Of a stretch of DNA of 64,000 nt, positions 45,083 to 57,220 are shown piece after piece (within the stretch, counting starts at the first letter, position 1; each line of letters starts with the position of its first letter). The position numbers and the translations under genes were made by a program. The notes below the pieces were generated by a model that was not told the origin of the DNA, ran no database searches, and saw nothing but the letters and a program-made list of their open reading frames with translations. The stretch spans positions 160,001 through 224,000 of the forward strand of contig CAVUWD010000011.1 in the NCBI GenBank assembly GCA_963745025.1, written 5' to 3'. This stretch comes from an uncultured delta proteobacterium. Lineage in GTDB: Bacteria > Desulfobacterota > Binatia > JACPRU01.

Positions 45083-46336
45083 TCAGGCGAGCAGACGATC
45101 GAACCGCACGAGCGTTTCGCGAATCGCAATCTGGAACGGGCAGGCGGCTTCGCACGGGGCTGGGCAACCCGCGCAGCGCGACGCGTTCCGGTCCACGGCG
45201 AGGCGGGCGTACTGCTCCCGCGCGTGGCGCTGCCAGCCGTAGTCCTCGTGATACATCGCGAAGCGAAAGACGTCGTCGACGGCCACGCCGTTCGGGCAAC
45301 TGTCTAGGCATTCTCCGCAACCCGGACGGCAATACTCGCGCGCGATTCGCCGATCGTATTCCTCGAGCCGTACGAGGTCGGAGCCGGTCAGCGGCTGTCC
45401 CGAGGCATACAGGTACTCGTCGATCTGCTGGAAATCTTGGATCGACACGACGAGGCCGCTCACGTCGGGGTTCGAGAGCACCCACCGGAACGCGGCCTGG
45501 CTGAACGCCTGCTTTCCGCCCGCGAAGTCCTTCAGCACGGTCGCCCGAGCGCCCTTGAGGGTCTTCATCGCGACCACGCCGATGCCGCGCTTCCGGGCGT
45601 CACGGAAGACGTTCGTCAGGTCGGGCCAGTTCTTGAAGTTATAGGCGACGAGCAGCATCTGGAAGCGCCCGGAATCGACGGCGTGGCGCATCACCTGCTC
45701 GAGGTTCGGCGTGTGTGAGCTGACGCCGAGGAAACGGGCCTTTCCCTGCTCCTTCAGACGATCGAAGGCCTCGTGAAACGTCGGCGCCATCAGCCGATCG
45801 AGATCGTTGCACTCGTGGATGATCGCGACGTCGAGATAGTCGGTCTGCAGCCGCCGGAGACTCGCCTCGACGGACGCGATGACCTTGGCGACCGGCGTAT
45901 CCTTCGGCAGATGACCCTCCGCCGTGCAGAACTTCGAGGCGATGAACACCTTCTGACGGTACGGCTTGAGCGCCCGACCGATCACCTGCTCGCTGCCGGT
46001 TCGACTGTAGTCCGGCGAGGTGTCGAAGTAGTTGATGCCGCGTTCGACCGCACGCGCGACGACGTCGGCGCTGCCGATGCCGGCGCCGCCGAACGAGATG
46101 TCCGACATCTCGACACCGGTCGCGCCGAGCGGCCGGTATTGCCGCACCCTCGAGCCTTTCCAGGCCGGGTCGATCCGCTCGGCGTGGGTCGGCGCTTCAT
46201 GGAGGAGAAAGAGGTACGTCGAGTTCCTCCACGCCGAGTAGACCGCCGCGCCGACGCCGGCTCCCGCGGCGAGGCCGGCAGCGCCGGTGAGAACGCGGCG
46301 CCGTGTGAGACCCTTCAACTCGTCTCCGTCGGCCAT
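45083..46336 (-). CDS. Aldo/keto reductase with Tat signal and C-terminal 4Fe-4S dicluster
   Basis: TRRRVL Tat motif; GINYFDTS, SLRRLQTDYLD, GVSSH, AMK; CRPGCGECLDSCP and CAGCPAPCEAACP. Confidence 0.9.
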   Translation of the reverse strand: MADGDELKGLTRRRVLTGAAGLAAGAGVGAAVYSAWRNSTYLFLLHEAPTHAERIDPAWKGSRVRQYRPLGATGVEMSDISFGGAGIGSADVVARAVERGINYFDTSPDYSRTGSEQVIGRALKPYRQKVFIASKFCTAEGHLPKDTPVAKVIASVEASLRRLQTDYLDVAIIHECNDLDRLMAPTFHEAFDRLKEQGKARFLGVSSHTPNLEQVMRHAVDSGRFQMLLVAYNFKNWPDLTNVFRDARKRGIGVVAMKTLKGARATVLKDFAGGKQAFSQAAFRWVLSNPDVSGLVVSIQDFQQIDEYLYASGQPLTGSDLVRLEEYDRRIAREYCRPGCGECLDSCPNGVAVDDVFRFAMYHEDYGWQRHAREQYARLAVDRNASRCAGCPAPCEAACPFQIAIRETLVRFDRLLA

Positions 46337-46636
46337 GAGCGTCCTTCCACGGTCATGCTAATCGTCGTGGAAACACCGTTGCAACCCCCGGGGGTGTGTC
46401 GAGTGGGGGATCGACAATCTCCCCGCCGACGGTGGACATCGGTTCGGCTTCGCACGCCTCTCTCCGCGGCGCAATCGTCGGGCCGGTACAATGCGCGGCC
46501 ACGAAGTGGTAAACAGGAATAGATGGAGCTCCTCTATCGCGACATTCTGTGTCGCATGACGTCGATCTCGGCATCGTCACGATGAACCGTCCGGAGCGCC
46601 GCGACCCTTCGGGATCACGAGGGTGAGAGTCGGACG

Positions 46637-47671
46637 GTGAGCGAGGCGGGTGCGGCGAAGCAACCCTGGTTCGAGCTCTCCGACGACGAGCTCTTGAACC
46701 TGCGCTTTTGCGAGCTCGGCCTGACCCTTGAGGGAACCCACCTCGAGGCGTGCGTGGCGCAGCTCTACCGCGAGCTCGACGCGCGTCAGCTCGCCGTCCA
46801 TCCGCCGTGCTACCTCGGCGACGAATGGTTCTCCCCCGACGGGGTGCCGGCGATCGCCATTCCCTTTTACCTCGCGCATCCCCGCCTTCAGAGCCTCGAG
46901 AAGAAGATGATGATGGAGGTCGAAGGCGGCCGCCATACCGAGGACACGATGCGCTTTCTTCGCCACGAGTGCGGCCACGCGATCTGCCACGCGTTCGGCC
47001 TCACCGAGCGGCGGGATTGGAAGGTCGCCTTCGGATCCGCTTCGCGCGAGTATCGGGACCACTACCGCTATCAGCCCTACAGCCGGAACTTCGTCCGGCA
47101 CCTCGAGAACTGGTACGCGCAGAGCCATCCCGAGGAGGATTTCGCCGAGACGTTCTCGGTCTGGCTGACGCCCGGCCTCGATTGGAAGTCGCTGTATCGA
47201 GACTGGCCGGCGCACCGAAAGCTCGAGTTCGTCGAACGCCTGATGAGCGAGCTCGCCGGCAAGCCGGCCGTGGTCGCCGCGCGCAAGCGACCGTACGACG
47301 TTCGGCGGCTGCGCAGCCGGCTTCGCACCCACTACGCGGAGCGGCGCAAGCTCTTCGCGGAGGAATCGCCGAGCTTCTTCGACGCCGACCTCGAGCGCAT
47401 CTTCGTCGGCAAGACGGCGGCGACGAACGCCATGCCCGCGTCGCGATTTCTCCGCCGGCAGCGCGCCGCGATCGTCGACGCGGTCTCGTTCTGGACGCGC
47501 GAGCGCAAGTTCGTGGTCGACCGAGTGCTGAAGCAGCTGATCACGCGCTGCGACGAGCTCCGACTCTGCGTGCCCGGGGATGAGGACCGCGCGAAGCTCG
47601 AGACCGCCGCCTACCTTTCCGCGCTGGTTTCGAATTATCTCTTCACCGGCCGCCTGAAGCGAGGACCATGA
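46637..47671 (+). CDS. Putative zinc-binding metallopeptidase
   Basis: LRHECGHA HExxH and YAQSHPEEDFAETF motifs. Confidence 0.85.
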   Translation: MSEAGAAKQPWFELSDDELLNLRFCELGLTLEGTHLEACVAQLYRELDARQLAVHPPCYLGDEWFSPDGVPAIAIPFYLAHPRLQSLEKKMMMEVEGGRHTEDTMRFLRHECGHAICHAFGLTERRDWKVAFGSASREYRDHYRYQPYSRNFVRHLENWYAQSHPEEDFAETFSVWLTPGLDWKSLYRDWPAHRKLEFVERLMSELAGKPAVVAARKRPYDVRRLRSRLRTHYAERRKLFAEESPSFFDADLERIFVGKTAATNAMPASRFLRRQRAAIVDAVSFWTRERKFVVDRVLKQLITRCDELRLCVPGDEDRAKLETAAYLSALVSNYLFTGRLKRGP

Positions 47672-48696
47672 AGCGCCCGCTGAAGCTGCTCGTCATCTTC
47701 GACTATCCGAACCGGCCTCCCGAGGACGACTATGCGGAGATCCTCGCGCTCGACGCCTGGAAGTGCGAGCGCGACGTCGTCGAGACGCTGCAGAAGCTCG
47801 GCCACGAGGTGCGCGTGCTCGGCATTCACGACCGCATCGATCCGCTGATCGCCGAGATTCGCGGCCACCCGCCCGACATCGTCTTCAATCTCGTCGAGGC
47901 CTTCGCCGAGGATCGCGAGCACGAGGCCAACGTCGCGGGGCTGCTGGAGATGCTCGGAGTCCCGTACACGGGCTGCCGGCCGGCTTCGCTGACCATCTGC
48001 CGCCACAAGGCGTTCACCAAGAGGATCCTCGCCCCGCACCGGATCCGAGTGCCGGGCTCGATCCTCATTCTGCGCGGCCAAACCAAGCGGAGCCTTCGTC
48101 CACTGAAGTTTCCGGTTTTCGTCAAGCCGCTCGGCCTCGAAGGATCCGACGGCATCGCCATGAGCTCGTTCACGGAAACCGCCGACGCGTGCTTCGAGCG
48201 CGTACGGTTTCTCCACGAGAGCCTCGCAACCGACGCGCTCGTCGAGGAGTACATCGACGGCCGGGAATGCTACTCCAGTGTGCTCGGCCTCGAGCGGCTG
48301 CGCGTGCTGCCGCTGCGCGAGATGGTGTTCACGAAGTTTCCCGAGGAGCGGCCCAAGTTCGCGTCCTTCAAAGCCAAGTGGGACGAGGCATTCCGCAAGC
48401 GCTGGGGCATCGAGAACACCTTCGCGGCCGACCTGCCCGACGGTCTGGAAAAGAAGATCGCTCGTATCAGCCGGACCGTGTTTCGGGCGCTCGAGCTCGA
48501 GGGCTGCGCACGGATCGATCTGCGGATCACGGCCGCGAACGAGATCTACGTGATCGAGGTCAATCCCAACCCGAACCTCGCGGGCGACGATGAGATCGCA
48601 CAGGCCGCCGCCAAGGTCGGAATCGCCTATCCCCAGCTCGTTCAACAGATCGTCGAGTTCGGCTTGCACCGCTCACGCTTCCGGGCGCTTGCCTGA
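47668..48696 (+). CDS. D-Ala-D-Ala-ligase-like ATP-grasp enzyme
   Basis: VFNLVE, GVPYTG, FPVFVKP, EEYIDGRE, ARIDLR, IEVNPNP; ATGA-coupled to the peptidase. Confidence 0.9.
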   Translation: MKRPLKLLVIFDYPNRPPEDDYAEILALDAWKCERDVVETLQKLGHEVRVLGIHDRIDPLIAEIRGHPPDIVFNLVEAFAEDREHEANVAGLLEMLGVPYTGCRPASLTICRHKAFTKRILAPHRIRVPGSILILRGQTKRSLRPLKFPVFVKPLGLEGSDGIAMSSFTETADACFERVRFLHESLATDALVEEYIDGRECYSSVLGLERLRVLPLREMVFTKFPEERPKFASFKAKWDEAFRKRWGIENTFAADLPDGLEKKIARISRTVFRALELEGCARIDLRITAANEIYVIEVNPNPNLAGDDEIAQAAAKVGIAYPQLVQQIVEFGLHRSRFRALA

Positions 48697-48906
48697 GTCG
48701 GGTAGCAGCCCGAGACGTTGTCAGGCCGCCAAGCGCGGGGGCGCGAGCCGCGCCGCGCTGTGCGGTGCATACGATGGGACTTTGTCTCGCTCGCAGAGCG
48801 TCACCGCGGAAGTCGCCCTTTTCTGAGTCGCCACGGGCCAGTCGACGATCCGCGATGCGCCGATCGCTGCCGCGATTGGCGCCGCTGTGCTACCACTCGG
48901 CGCGCC

Positions 48907-50040
48907 GTGAATGACGCGAACGAGAGGCGGAGGCGCTCTCTGGCCGGCGCCGATCTCTCCGGAGAGGATCTGCGGGAGTCGCAGCTCTCGGGTGCGGATC
49001 TGACCGGCGCTCGGCTGGCGCGCGCCAATCTCAACGGCGTCGACCTGCGCGGCGCCTGCCTTCGCGACGCTCGCCTCGACGGCGCCGACCTGCGCGACGC
49101 GATCCTCGACGGAGCGAGCCTCCGCTCGGCGAGCCTCGCTGGCACGCTCGCCAACGGCTCGCGCCTGCAGCGCGCCGACCTGTCGCTCGCTCACCTTCGC
49201 GGCGCCGATTTTCGCTCGGCCGATCTCAGCGAGGCGTTGCTCACGGACGCCGACGTCTCGCTCGCGAACTTCGAACGCGCCAACCTCTACGATGCCAACC
49301 TGATTGGCGCCGAACTCGGCGGCGCGAGCTTCCGCCACGCGGTCCTGTGCGGGGCGAATCTCCGCGAGTCGCACCTCGACGGTGCGGATTTCACCGGAGC
49401 GCGCTTTGCCTTCACCGTGCTCGCCGCGTCGGACGTGTCGCGCGCCCGCGGTCTCGAGGCGGTCGTCCACGATGGCCCGAGCACGGTCGGCGTGGATGCC
49501 TTCCTGCTCTCACGAGGCGAGATTCCCGACGCCTTTCTCCTCGGCATCGGCCTCTCGCCGCTCACCATCGAGTACCTGAAGGCCGTCGCCGCCGCCGAGG
49601 AAGGGATGCTCGTCGGCGACGCGCTCTTTTTGCTGTTCGCCGACTCCGATCGGGCGCGAGCGCGGCGGCTGCGCGCCTATCTGCGCATGCACCGCCACCT
49701 CGCGTGGTACTGGCACGAAGCGGAAGAGCTCGCCGGACGGCACAATCCAGATTTGAATCTCCGCGTGCGCTTCCATGACCGGCTGATCGTCCTCGTCTCG
49801 CGAGGCGCCGCCGAGACGAGCGGGTTGGCGGCTCCTTTGGCGCGAGCGTTGGCAAAGGAAAGCGCGGAACGGCGGCAGATCGTGCTGGCCGTGCGGATCG
49901 ACGACGCGGAGCTCTCGGACGTGCTCGGGGCGATTGGCCCGGATCGGATCGTCGCCGACTTCCGCGGCGTGGATTGGGAGGATCCACGAGACGGCGTGTT
50001 CCGCCGCGAGCTCGATCGCTTGCTCGCAGCGCTACGGTAG
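48907..50040 (+). CDS. Pentapeptide-repeat protein with degenerate C-terminal TIR-like domain
   Basis: Long run of A(D/N)Lxx repeats, GLEAVVHDGPSTVGVD linker, then a beta/alpha domain (LFLLFADSD, RLIVLVS, VLAVRID, VADF); GTG 48907 assumed. Confidence 0.8.
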   Translation: MNDANERRRRSLAGADLSGEDLRESQLSGADLTGARLARANLNGVDLRGACLRDARLDGADLRDAILDGASLRSASLAGTLANGSRLQRADLSLAHLRGADFRSADLSEALLTDADVSLANFERANLYDANLIGAELGGASFRHAVLCGANLRESHLDGADFTGARFAFTVLAASDVSRARGLEAVVHDGPSTVGVDAFLLSRGEIPDAFLLGIGLSPLTIEYLKAVAAAEEGMLVGDALFLLFADSDRARARRLRAYLRMHRHLAWYWHEAEELAGRHNPDLNLRVRFHDRLIVLVSRGAAETSGLAAPLARALAKESAERRQIVLAVRIDDAELSDVLGAIGPDRIVADFRGVDWEDPRDGVFRRELDRLLAALR

Positions 50041-50102
50041 TCGGCGGGCGTGAAGTCTGTCGCCACGTTGCCAGCGCTAGCGCCGCCTGCCAGACTCCCT
50101 GC

Positions 50103-50735
50103 GTGGACCCCTCCGGTCGCAGCGTACGTTTCACGGTCTTTTCCGACTTCCTCTGACCGTGGTGTTTCAACGGGGCCGTGCGCCTCGAGAAGATCACCGA
50201 GGAGTTCGGGGAGTGCTGCGTCATCGAGTGGAAGAGCTTCCTCTTGCGGCCGTATCCGGAGCGAAAGTCGCTCGACAAGTTCCGTGAGTACACGGAGTCG
50301 TGGTCGCGGCCGGCCGCCGAGCCGGAGTCGGGGAGCTTCACCGTGTGGTCGACCGACGAGGCGCCGCCCAGCCATTCCGTGCCGCCGGCCATCGCCGCGA
50401 AGGCGGCCGCGCGGCAAGGCACCACGGCCTTCGCCCGCTATCACCGTGCGCTGATGGAGAATTACTTCCACCAGAACCGCAACATCACCGAGCCGCAGAA
50501 CCTGGCCCGCATCGCCGCCGAGACCGGCCTCGACGTCGCAGCGTTTCTCGAGGCGCTGCGCGATCCGGCTCTCGGTCGCGAGGTCATGGACGACCACAAC
50601 CAGGCGGTTTCGATGGGAATCAGCGGCGTGCCGACCGTGGTCGTCGACGGCCGCTGGCAGCTCACCGGCGCGCAGCCGCGCGAGATCTACCGACGGATCG
50701 TCGAGCTCCGGTTGGCTGGGAAATCACTGGGCTGA
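50103..50735 (+). CDS. DsbA/FrnE-family oxidoreductase, probable selenoprotein (UPWC)
   Basis: From GTG 50103: DPSGRSVRFTVFSDFL-TGA(50154)-PWCFNGAVRL, in frame with ORF 50178-50735 (GISGVPT, GAQP). Confidence 0.85.
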
Positions 50736-50882
50736 GCGAGCCCCCGCGAGGCGGGGCATGGCCGCCAGCACGCATTACCGATGAAGGATCTCGTCTCTTC
50801 CGTCGGGGAGAGGCGACGCGGGCTCCAAGTTCCTTTTCACGCGTTCCCGGATCCGTGTATCTCCTCGGCGAGGAGGACCGCG

Positions 50883-51659
50883 ATGCTCAAACTCTACGAA
50901 CATCCACTGTCGCCGTACGCCCAAAAGGTGAAGATCGCCCTCGAGGAGAAGAACGTCGCCTTCGAAGCGACGATCCCGAACCTGTTCGGCTCGGATCCGG
51001 CGTTCGAAGCCGCCAGCCCGCGTCGGGAGGTGCCTTGTCTGATCGACGGCGACGTGCAGGTCTTCGATTCGACGATCATCCTCGAATATCTCGAGGACAA
51101 ATGGCCGAAGCCTCCCATGCTGCCCGCCGAGCCCGCCGAGCGCGCACGCGTGCGCATGCTCGAGGAGCTCTGCGACACCTATTACGAGGCGATCAACTGG
51201 GCGCTCGCGGAGATCCGCTTCTTCCGCCGGGTCACGGGCGCCGCCGCCGAACGGCTAGCGGCGCGCGCGGGCGAGCAGATCGCGGGCGTGCACGCATGGC
51301 TCGAGCGTCAGCTCGGAAGCCGAACGTGGTTCAACGGCGCGACCTTCGGCTGGGGCGATTTGAGCGTCGTCCCCTACGTGAACGGCTCGGCGGGGTTCGG
51401 CTTCGCTCCACCCGCCGGCTCGCGGCTTGCCGCCTGGGCCGACCGCGCGCGCGAGCGGTCGAGTGTGGCGCGCACGATGGAGGCGGCGCTCGCGGCGATG
51501 CCGGCGTTCGAGCAGGTCGGCTTGCTCATCGAGTCGGGAACCTTCGTGCGCGAGTATCGCGACCATCGTCTGGAATGGATGATGAGGAGCGGCGGCCGCG
51601 ACATCGTCCTCGAGGGGATGGAGAAGAAGAACATCCGGTTCGCAGTGGAGCTTCGCTGA
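50883..51659 (+). CDS. Glutathione S-transferase family protein
   Basis: ATG 50883 after GAGGAGG; SPYAQKVKIAL, VPCL, DSTIILEYLED, FGWGD. Confidence 0.92.
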   Translation: MLKLYEHPLSPYAQKVKIALEEKNVAFEATIPNLFGSDPAFEAASPRREVPCLIDGDVQVFDSTIILEYLEDKWPKPPMLPAEPAERARVRMLEELCDTYYEAINWALAEIRFFRRVTGAAAERLAARAGEQIAGVHAWLERQLGSRTWFNGATFGWGDLSVVPYVNGSAGFGFAPPAGSRLAAWADRARERSSVARTMEAALAAMPAFEQVGLLIESGTFVREYRDHRLEWMMRSGGRDIVLEGMEKKNIRFAVELR

Positions 51660-52261
51660 GACCGCTCGCTCGATCCTTCTACGAGCGTCCCACGCTGCGG
51701 GTTGCGCGGGATCTCCTCGGGTGCCTGCTGGTCCATCGGCTGGCGAGTGACGACGTCGCCTCGGGAATCATCGTCGAGGTAGAAGCCTATTGCGGTCCGC
51801 GTGACCTCGCCTGCCATTCCGCGGGCGGGCGCCGCACCGCGCGCAACGAAGTCATGTACGGCCCCCCCGGCCACGCGTACGTCTATTTCACCTACGGAAT
51901 GCACTACTGCTTGAACGTGGTGACCCGCGGCGTAGGCATCGCCGAGGCGGTGCTGATCCGCGCCGCGGCGCCGGTCGGCGGCGCGGCCGCGATGCGCGAG
52001 CGGCGCGGGCTCGTCGAATCCGCTCCCGACTTCCGACTCGCACGAGGCCCCGGAAACCTTTGTCGCGCCTTCGCGATCGACCGTCGCCTGAACGGCGCCG
52101 ACCTCGCCGATTCGAGGCTGACGATCCATCCGGCGAAGCGTTTCATTGCTCGCGAGATTCGCCGCACGGCGCGTGTCGGCATCGATTACGCGGGGCCCTA
52201 CGTGATGAAGCCCTGGCGCTTTAGCGTGCGTGACGAGCCGGCGGTCTCCGGAAAGAGCTGA
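51656..52261 (+). CDS. DNA-3-methyladenine glycosylase (MPG/AAG family)
   Basis: FYERPTLRVARDLLG, IVEVEAY, AYVYFTYGMHYCLNVV, AVLIRA, GPGNLC, RVGI, PWRF; start probably CTG 51656. Confidence 0.92.
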   Translation: MRPLARSFYERPTLRVARDLLGCLLVHRLASDDVASGIIVEVEAYCGPRDLACHSAGGRRTARNEVMYGPPGHAYVYFTYGMHYCLNVVTRGVGIAEAVLIRAAAPVGGAAAMRERRGLVESAPDFRLARGPGNLCRAFAIDRRLNGADLADSRLTIHPAKRFIAREIRRTARVGIDYAGPYVMKPWRFSVRDEPAVSGKS

Positions 52262-52264
52262 AAG

Positions 52265-52335
52265 ACGGCTACGGGCTTCCGGCTACCGTAAAGACATCGC
52301 GGATTCTTTGCCGGTAGTCGGTAGTCGGTAGCCGT
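52265..52335. repeat. Heptamer-armed palindromic intergenic element
   Basis: GGCTACG GGCTTCC GGCTACC-GTAAAGAC...TCTTTGCC-GGTAGTC GGTAGTC GGTAGCC. Confidence 0.8.
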
Positions 52336-52402
52336 GCGCCACGTTGCGCTCGCCGCCAAGCGCGATAAGATGACTGGGTTGGATGGCGGGAGCAGCGGCG
52401 AA

Positions 52403-53857
52403 ATGGCAAAGAGCCTCTTCGACAAGGTCTGGGAAACGCATGCGGTCCGTACGCTGCCGAACGGGCAGACGCAGCTCTTCATCGCGCTTCACCTGATCCA
52501 CGAGGTGACGAGCCCGCAGGCGTTCGGCATGCTGCGCAGCCTCGACCTCTCCGTTCCCCACCCCGAGCGCACGTTCGCCACCGTCGATCACATCATCCCG
52601 ACAGACACCCGCCAGCGGCCGTTCCAGGACACGCTCGCCGAACAGATGATGATCGCGCTCAAGGAGAACTGCGAGCGTTACGGCATCACCTTCTTCGACA
52701 CGCCGACCGGTAAGCAGGGCATCGTCCACGTGATCGGCCCCGAGCAAGGCCTCACCCAGCCCGGCATCACCATCGCCTGCGGCGACTCGCACACCTCGAC
52801 GCACGGCGCGTTCGGTGCGATCGCCTTCGGCATCGGTACGAGCCAGGTGCGCGACGTGCTCGCCACGCAGACGCTGGCGCTCGGCAAGCCCAAGGTGCGG
52901 CGCATCGAGGTGACGGGCGGGCTCGGCGCGGGCGTCTACGCCAAGGACGTGATCCTCCACATCATCCGCACGCTCGGTGTGAACGGCGGCATCGGCTACG
53001 CGTACGAGTATGCGGGCTCGACGGTCGAGGCGATGTCGATGGAAGAGCGGATGACGATCTGCAACATGTCGATCGAAGGGGGCGCCCGCTGCGGCTACGT
53101 GAATCCGGACGAGACGACTTTCACGTACCTGAACGGTCGGCCGTACGCTCCCCGCGGAGCCGCGTGGGACGAAGCCATCCAGCGCTGGCGCGGATTCGCC
53201 TCCGATCGCGACGCTCGGTACGACGACGTCGTCAAGATCCGTGCGGAGGACATACCGCCGACCGTCACCTGGGGCATCAACCCGGGGCAGGCGATCTCGA
53301 TCGACGGGCGGGTGCCGACGGTCGACGGGAGCGCACCGCAAGACCGAGCGTCGATCGCGGAGGCGCTCGAGTACATGAAGCTCACCCCCGGGTCTCCGAT
53401 CAAGGGGGCGAGGGTCGACGTGACGTTCATCGGCAGCTGCACGAACGCCCGTCTGTCGGACTTCCGCGAGGTCGCCCGGCACATTCGCGGCCGGCACGTC
53501 GCGCCGCACGTGAGGGCGCTCGTCGTCCCGGGCTCGCAGCTCGTCGACCAGGCCGCGCGCGTGGAAGGGCTCGACCGCGTCTTTCGCGCCGCCGGCTTCG
53601 AGTGGCGAGAGGCGGGCTGCTCGATGTGCCTGGCGATGAACCCCGACAAGCTGGTCGGTGATGAACTCTGCGCGTCCTCGTCGAATCGCAACTTCAAGGG
53701 CCGCCAGGGAAGCCCGAGCGGCCGAACGGTGCTGATGAGCCCCGTGATGGTCGCCGCGGCGGCGATCGAAGGCAAAATCGCGGACGCGCGCGAAGTGTTC
53801 GGCATCGCAAGCGCCCCGCCATCACGCAAGACCTCTCCCCAAGCGGAAAGGGATTAG
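52403..53857 (+). CDS. leuC: 3-isopropylmalate dehydratase large subunit
   Basis: [49 protein letters not shown]. Confidence 0.97.
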   Translation: MAKSLFDKVWETHAVRTLPNGQTQLFIALHLIHEVTSPQAFGMLRSLDLSVPHPERTFATVDHIIPTDTRQRPFQDTLAEQMMIALKENCERYGITFFDTPTGKQGIVHVIGPEQGLTQPGITIACGDSHTSTHGAFGAIAFGIGTSQVRDVLATQTLALGKPKVRRIEVTGGLGAGVYAKDVILHIIRTLGVNGGIGYAYEYAGSTVEAMSMEERMTICNMSIEGGARCGYVNPDETTFTYLNGRPYAPRGAAWDEAIQRWRGFASDRDARYDDVVKIRAEDIPPTVTWGINPGQAISIDGRVPTVDGSAPQDRASIAEALEYMKLTPGSPIKGARVDVTFIGSCTNARLSDFREVARHIRGRHVAPHVRALVVPGSQLVDQAARVEGLDRVFRAAGFEWREAGCSMCLAMNPDKLVGDELCASSSNRNFKGRQGSPSGRTVLMSPVMVAAAAIEGKIADAREVFGIASAPPSRKTSPQAERD

Positions 53858-53869
53858 AGGAGAGCACCG

Positions 53870-54484
53870 ATGGCGCTGGCCAAAATTCAACATGTCAGCG
53901 GTCGGGGCGTCTATGTTCCCGGCGACGACATCGACACCGACCGCATCATTCCCGCACGCTACCTGAAGTGCGTGACCTTCGACGGCCTCGGCGCCTACGC
54001 CTTCTACGACGTCCGCTTCGACGAGCAAGGCCGCTCGCTCGGCCACCCGCTCGACGATCCCAGGCACCGCGGCGCCAGCATCCTGGTTTCGGGACGAAAC
54101 TTCGGCTGCGGCAGCTCCCGCGAGCACGCCCCCCAATCGCTCTACTACCTCGGCATCCGCGCGATCCTCGCCGAAGGCTTCGCGGAGATCTTCTTCGGGA
54201 ACTCGACGACGCTCGGAATTCCCTGCGTGACGCTCGCCACGGCCGACCGCGAAGCGCTCGCGCGGCTCATCGTGGAGCGCCCGCAGCAGGAGGTCGAAAT
54301 CGATCTCACCGTAACGAAGCCCACGATCCGCTTCGCCGATCGGACGTTTCCGGGAAGGATCCCGGAGAGCACGCGTAGGAGCCTCATCGAGGGACAGTGG
54401 GATGCGCTCGGACAGCTACTCGAAGGCCGGGAAGCGGCCGGCAAGTTCGCCGCCCGGCTTCCCGGCCCCGCCAAAGCCGCCTGA
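53870..54484 (+). CDS. leuD: 3-isopropylmalate dehydratase small subunit
   Basis: DIDTDRIIPARYL, NFGCGSSREHAP, FAEIFFGN. Confidence 0.97.
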   Translation: MALAKIQHVSGRGVYVPGDDIDTDRIIPARYLKCVTFDGLGAYAFYDVRFDEQGRSLGHPLDDPRHRGASILVSGRNFGCGSSREHAPQSLYYLGIRAILAEGFAEIFFGNSTTLGIPCVTLATADREALARLIVERPQQEVEIDLTVTKPTIRFADRTFPGRIPESTRRSLIEGQWDALGQLLEGREAAGKFAARLPGPAKAA

Positions 54485-54487
54485 TGA

Positions 54488-54562
54488 GGCTTCGGGCTAC
54501 CGGCTCCCGACTACCGCAAAGACCTTCTCGGAGTCTTTGCCGGTAGTCGGTAGCCGGTAGCC
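54488..54562. repeat. Heptamer-armed palindromic intergenic element
   Basis: GGCTTCG GGCTACC GGCTCCC GACTACC-GCAAAGAC...GTCTTTGCC-GGTAGTC GGTAGCC GGTAGCC. Confidence 0.8.
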
Positions 54563-54616
54563 GTCTCTCAAGACCCTTCCCACGCGGCGGCGCGCGCGTT
54601 ACACTTGGTTTCGGCA

Positions 54617-54937
54617 ATGAGCGAGCGCGGACCTCTCGAAACGCCGGACGTCGTCACCCGCACGCGGACCGAGAAGAAGCTCAAGCAGCCGCCCCTCTAT
54701 CGGGTTCTTCTGCACAACGACGATTACACCACGATGGAGTTCGTCGTGCACGTGCTGCAGAGCATCTTCAACCATGCCGAGGCCGAGGCCACGCAGATCA
54801 TGCTGCACGTGCACCGCAAGGGGATCGGCGTCGCCGGCGTGTACCCCCACGAGGTCGCGGAGACCAAGATCGATCAAGTGCACGCGCTCGCGCTCGCGCA
54901 CGAATTTCCGCTGCGCTGCAGCATGGACGAAGCGTGA
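54617..54937 (+). CDS. clpS: ATP-dependent Clp protease adaptor
   Basis: PPLYRVLLHNDDYTTMEFVV, MLHVHRKG, EVAETK, FPLRC. Confidence 0.97.
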   Translation: MSERGPLETPDVVTRTRTEKKLKQPPLYRVLLHNDDYTTMEFVVHVLQSIFNHAEAEATQIMLHVHRKGIGVAGVYPHEVAETKIDQVHALALAHEFPLRCSMDEA

Positions 54938-54944
54938 GACGAAC

Positions 54945-57218
<2,274 letters not shown>

Positions 57219-57220
57219 GC

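Noticed and set aside
47668-48696. Housekeeping ddl
   Set aside because: Lacks the N-terminal GGxSxEHxVS and LHG..GEDG motifs of true Ddl and is outside a cell-wall cluster; called Ddl-like only.
50103-50177. DsbA pseudogene with a nonsense mutation
   Set aside because: The only stop is a TGA exactly at the redox Cys position and the rest is intact, so selenocysteine is more parsimonious (pending a check for sel genes).
50300-52261. 653-aa ORF as a long glycosylase fusion (similarly the extended starts at 9462, 7166, 22396, 19703, 54774)
   Set aside because: The extensions overlap other genes in different frames and are Arg/Pro/Gly-rich noise; downstream starts with RBS or stop-start overlaps fit family lengths.
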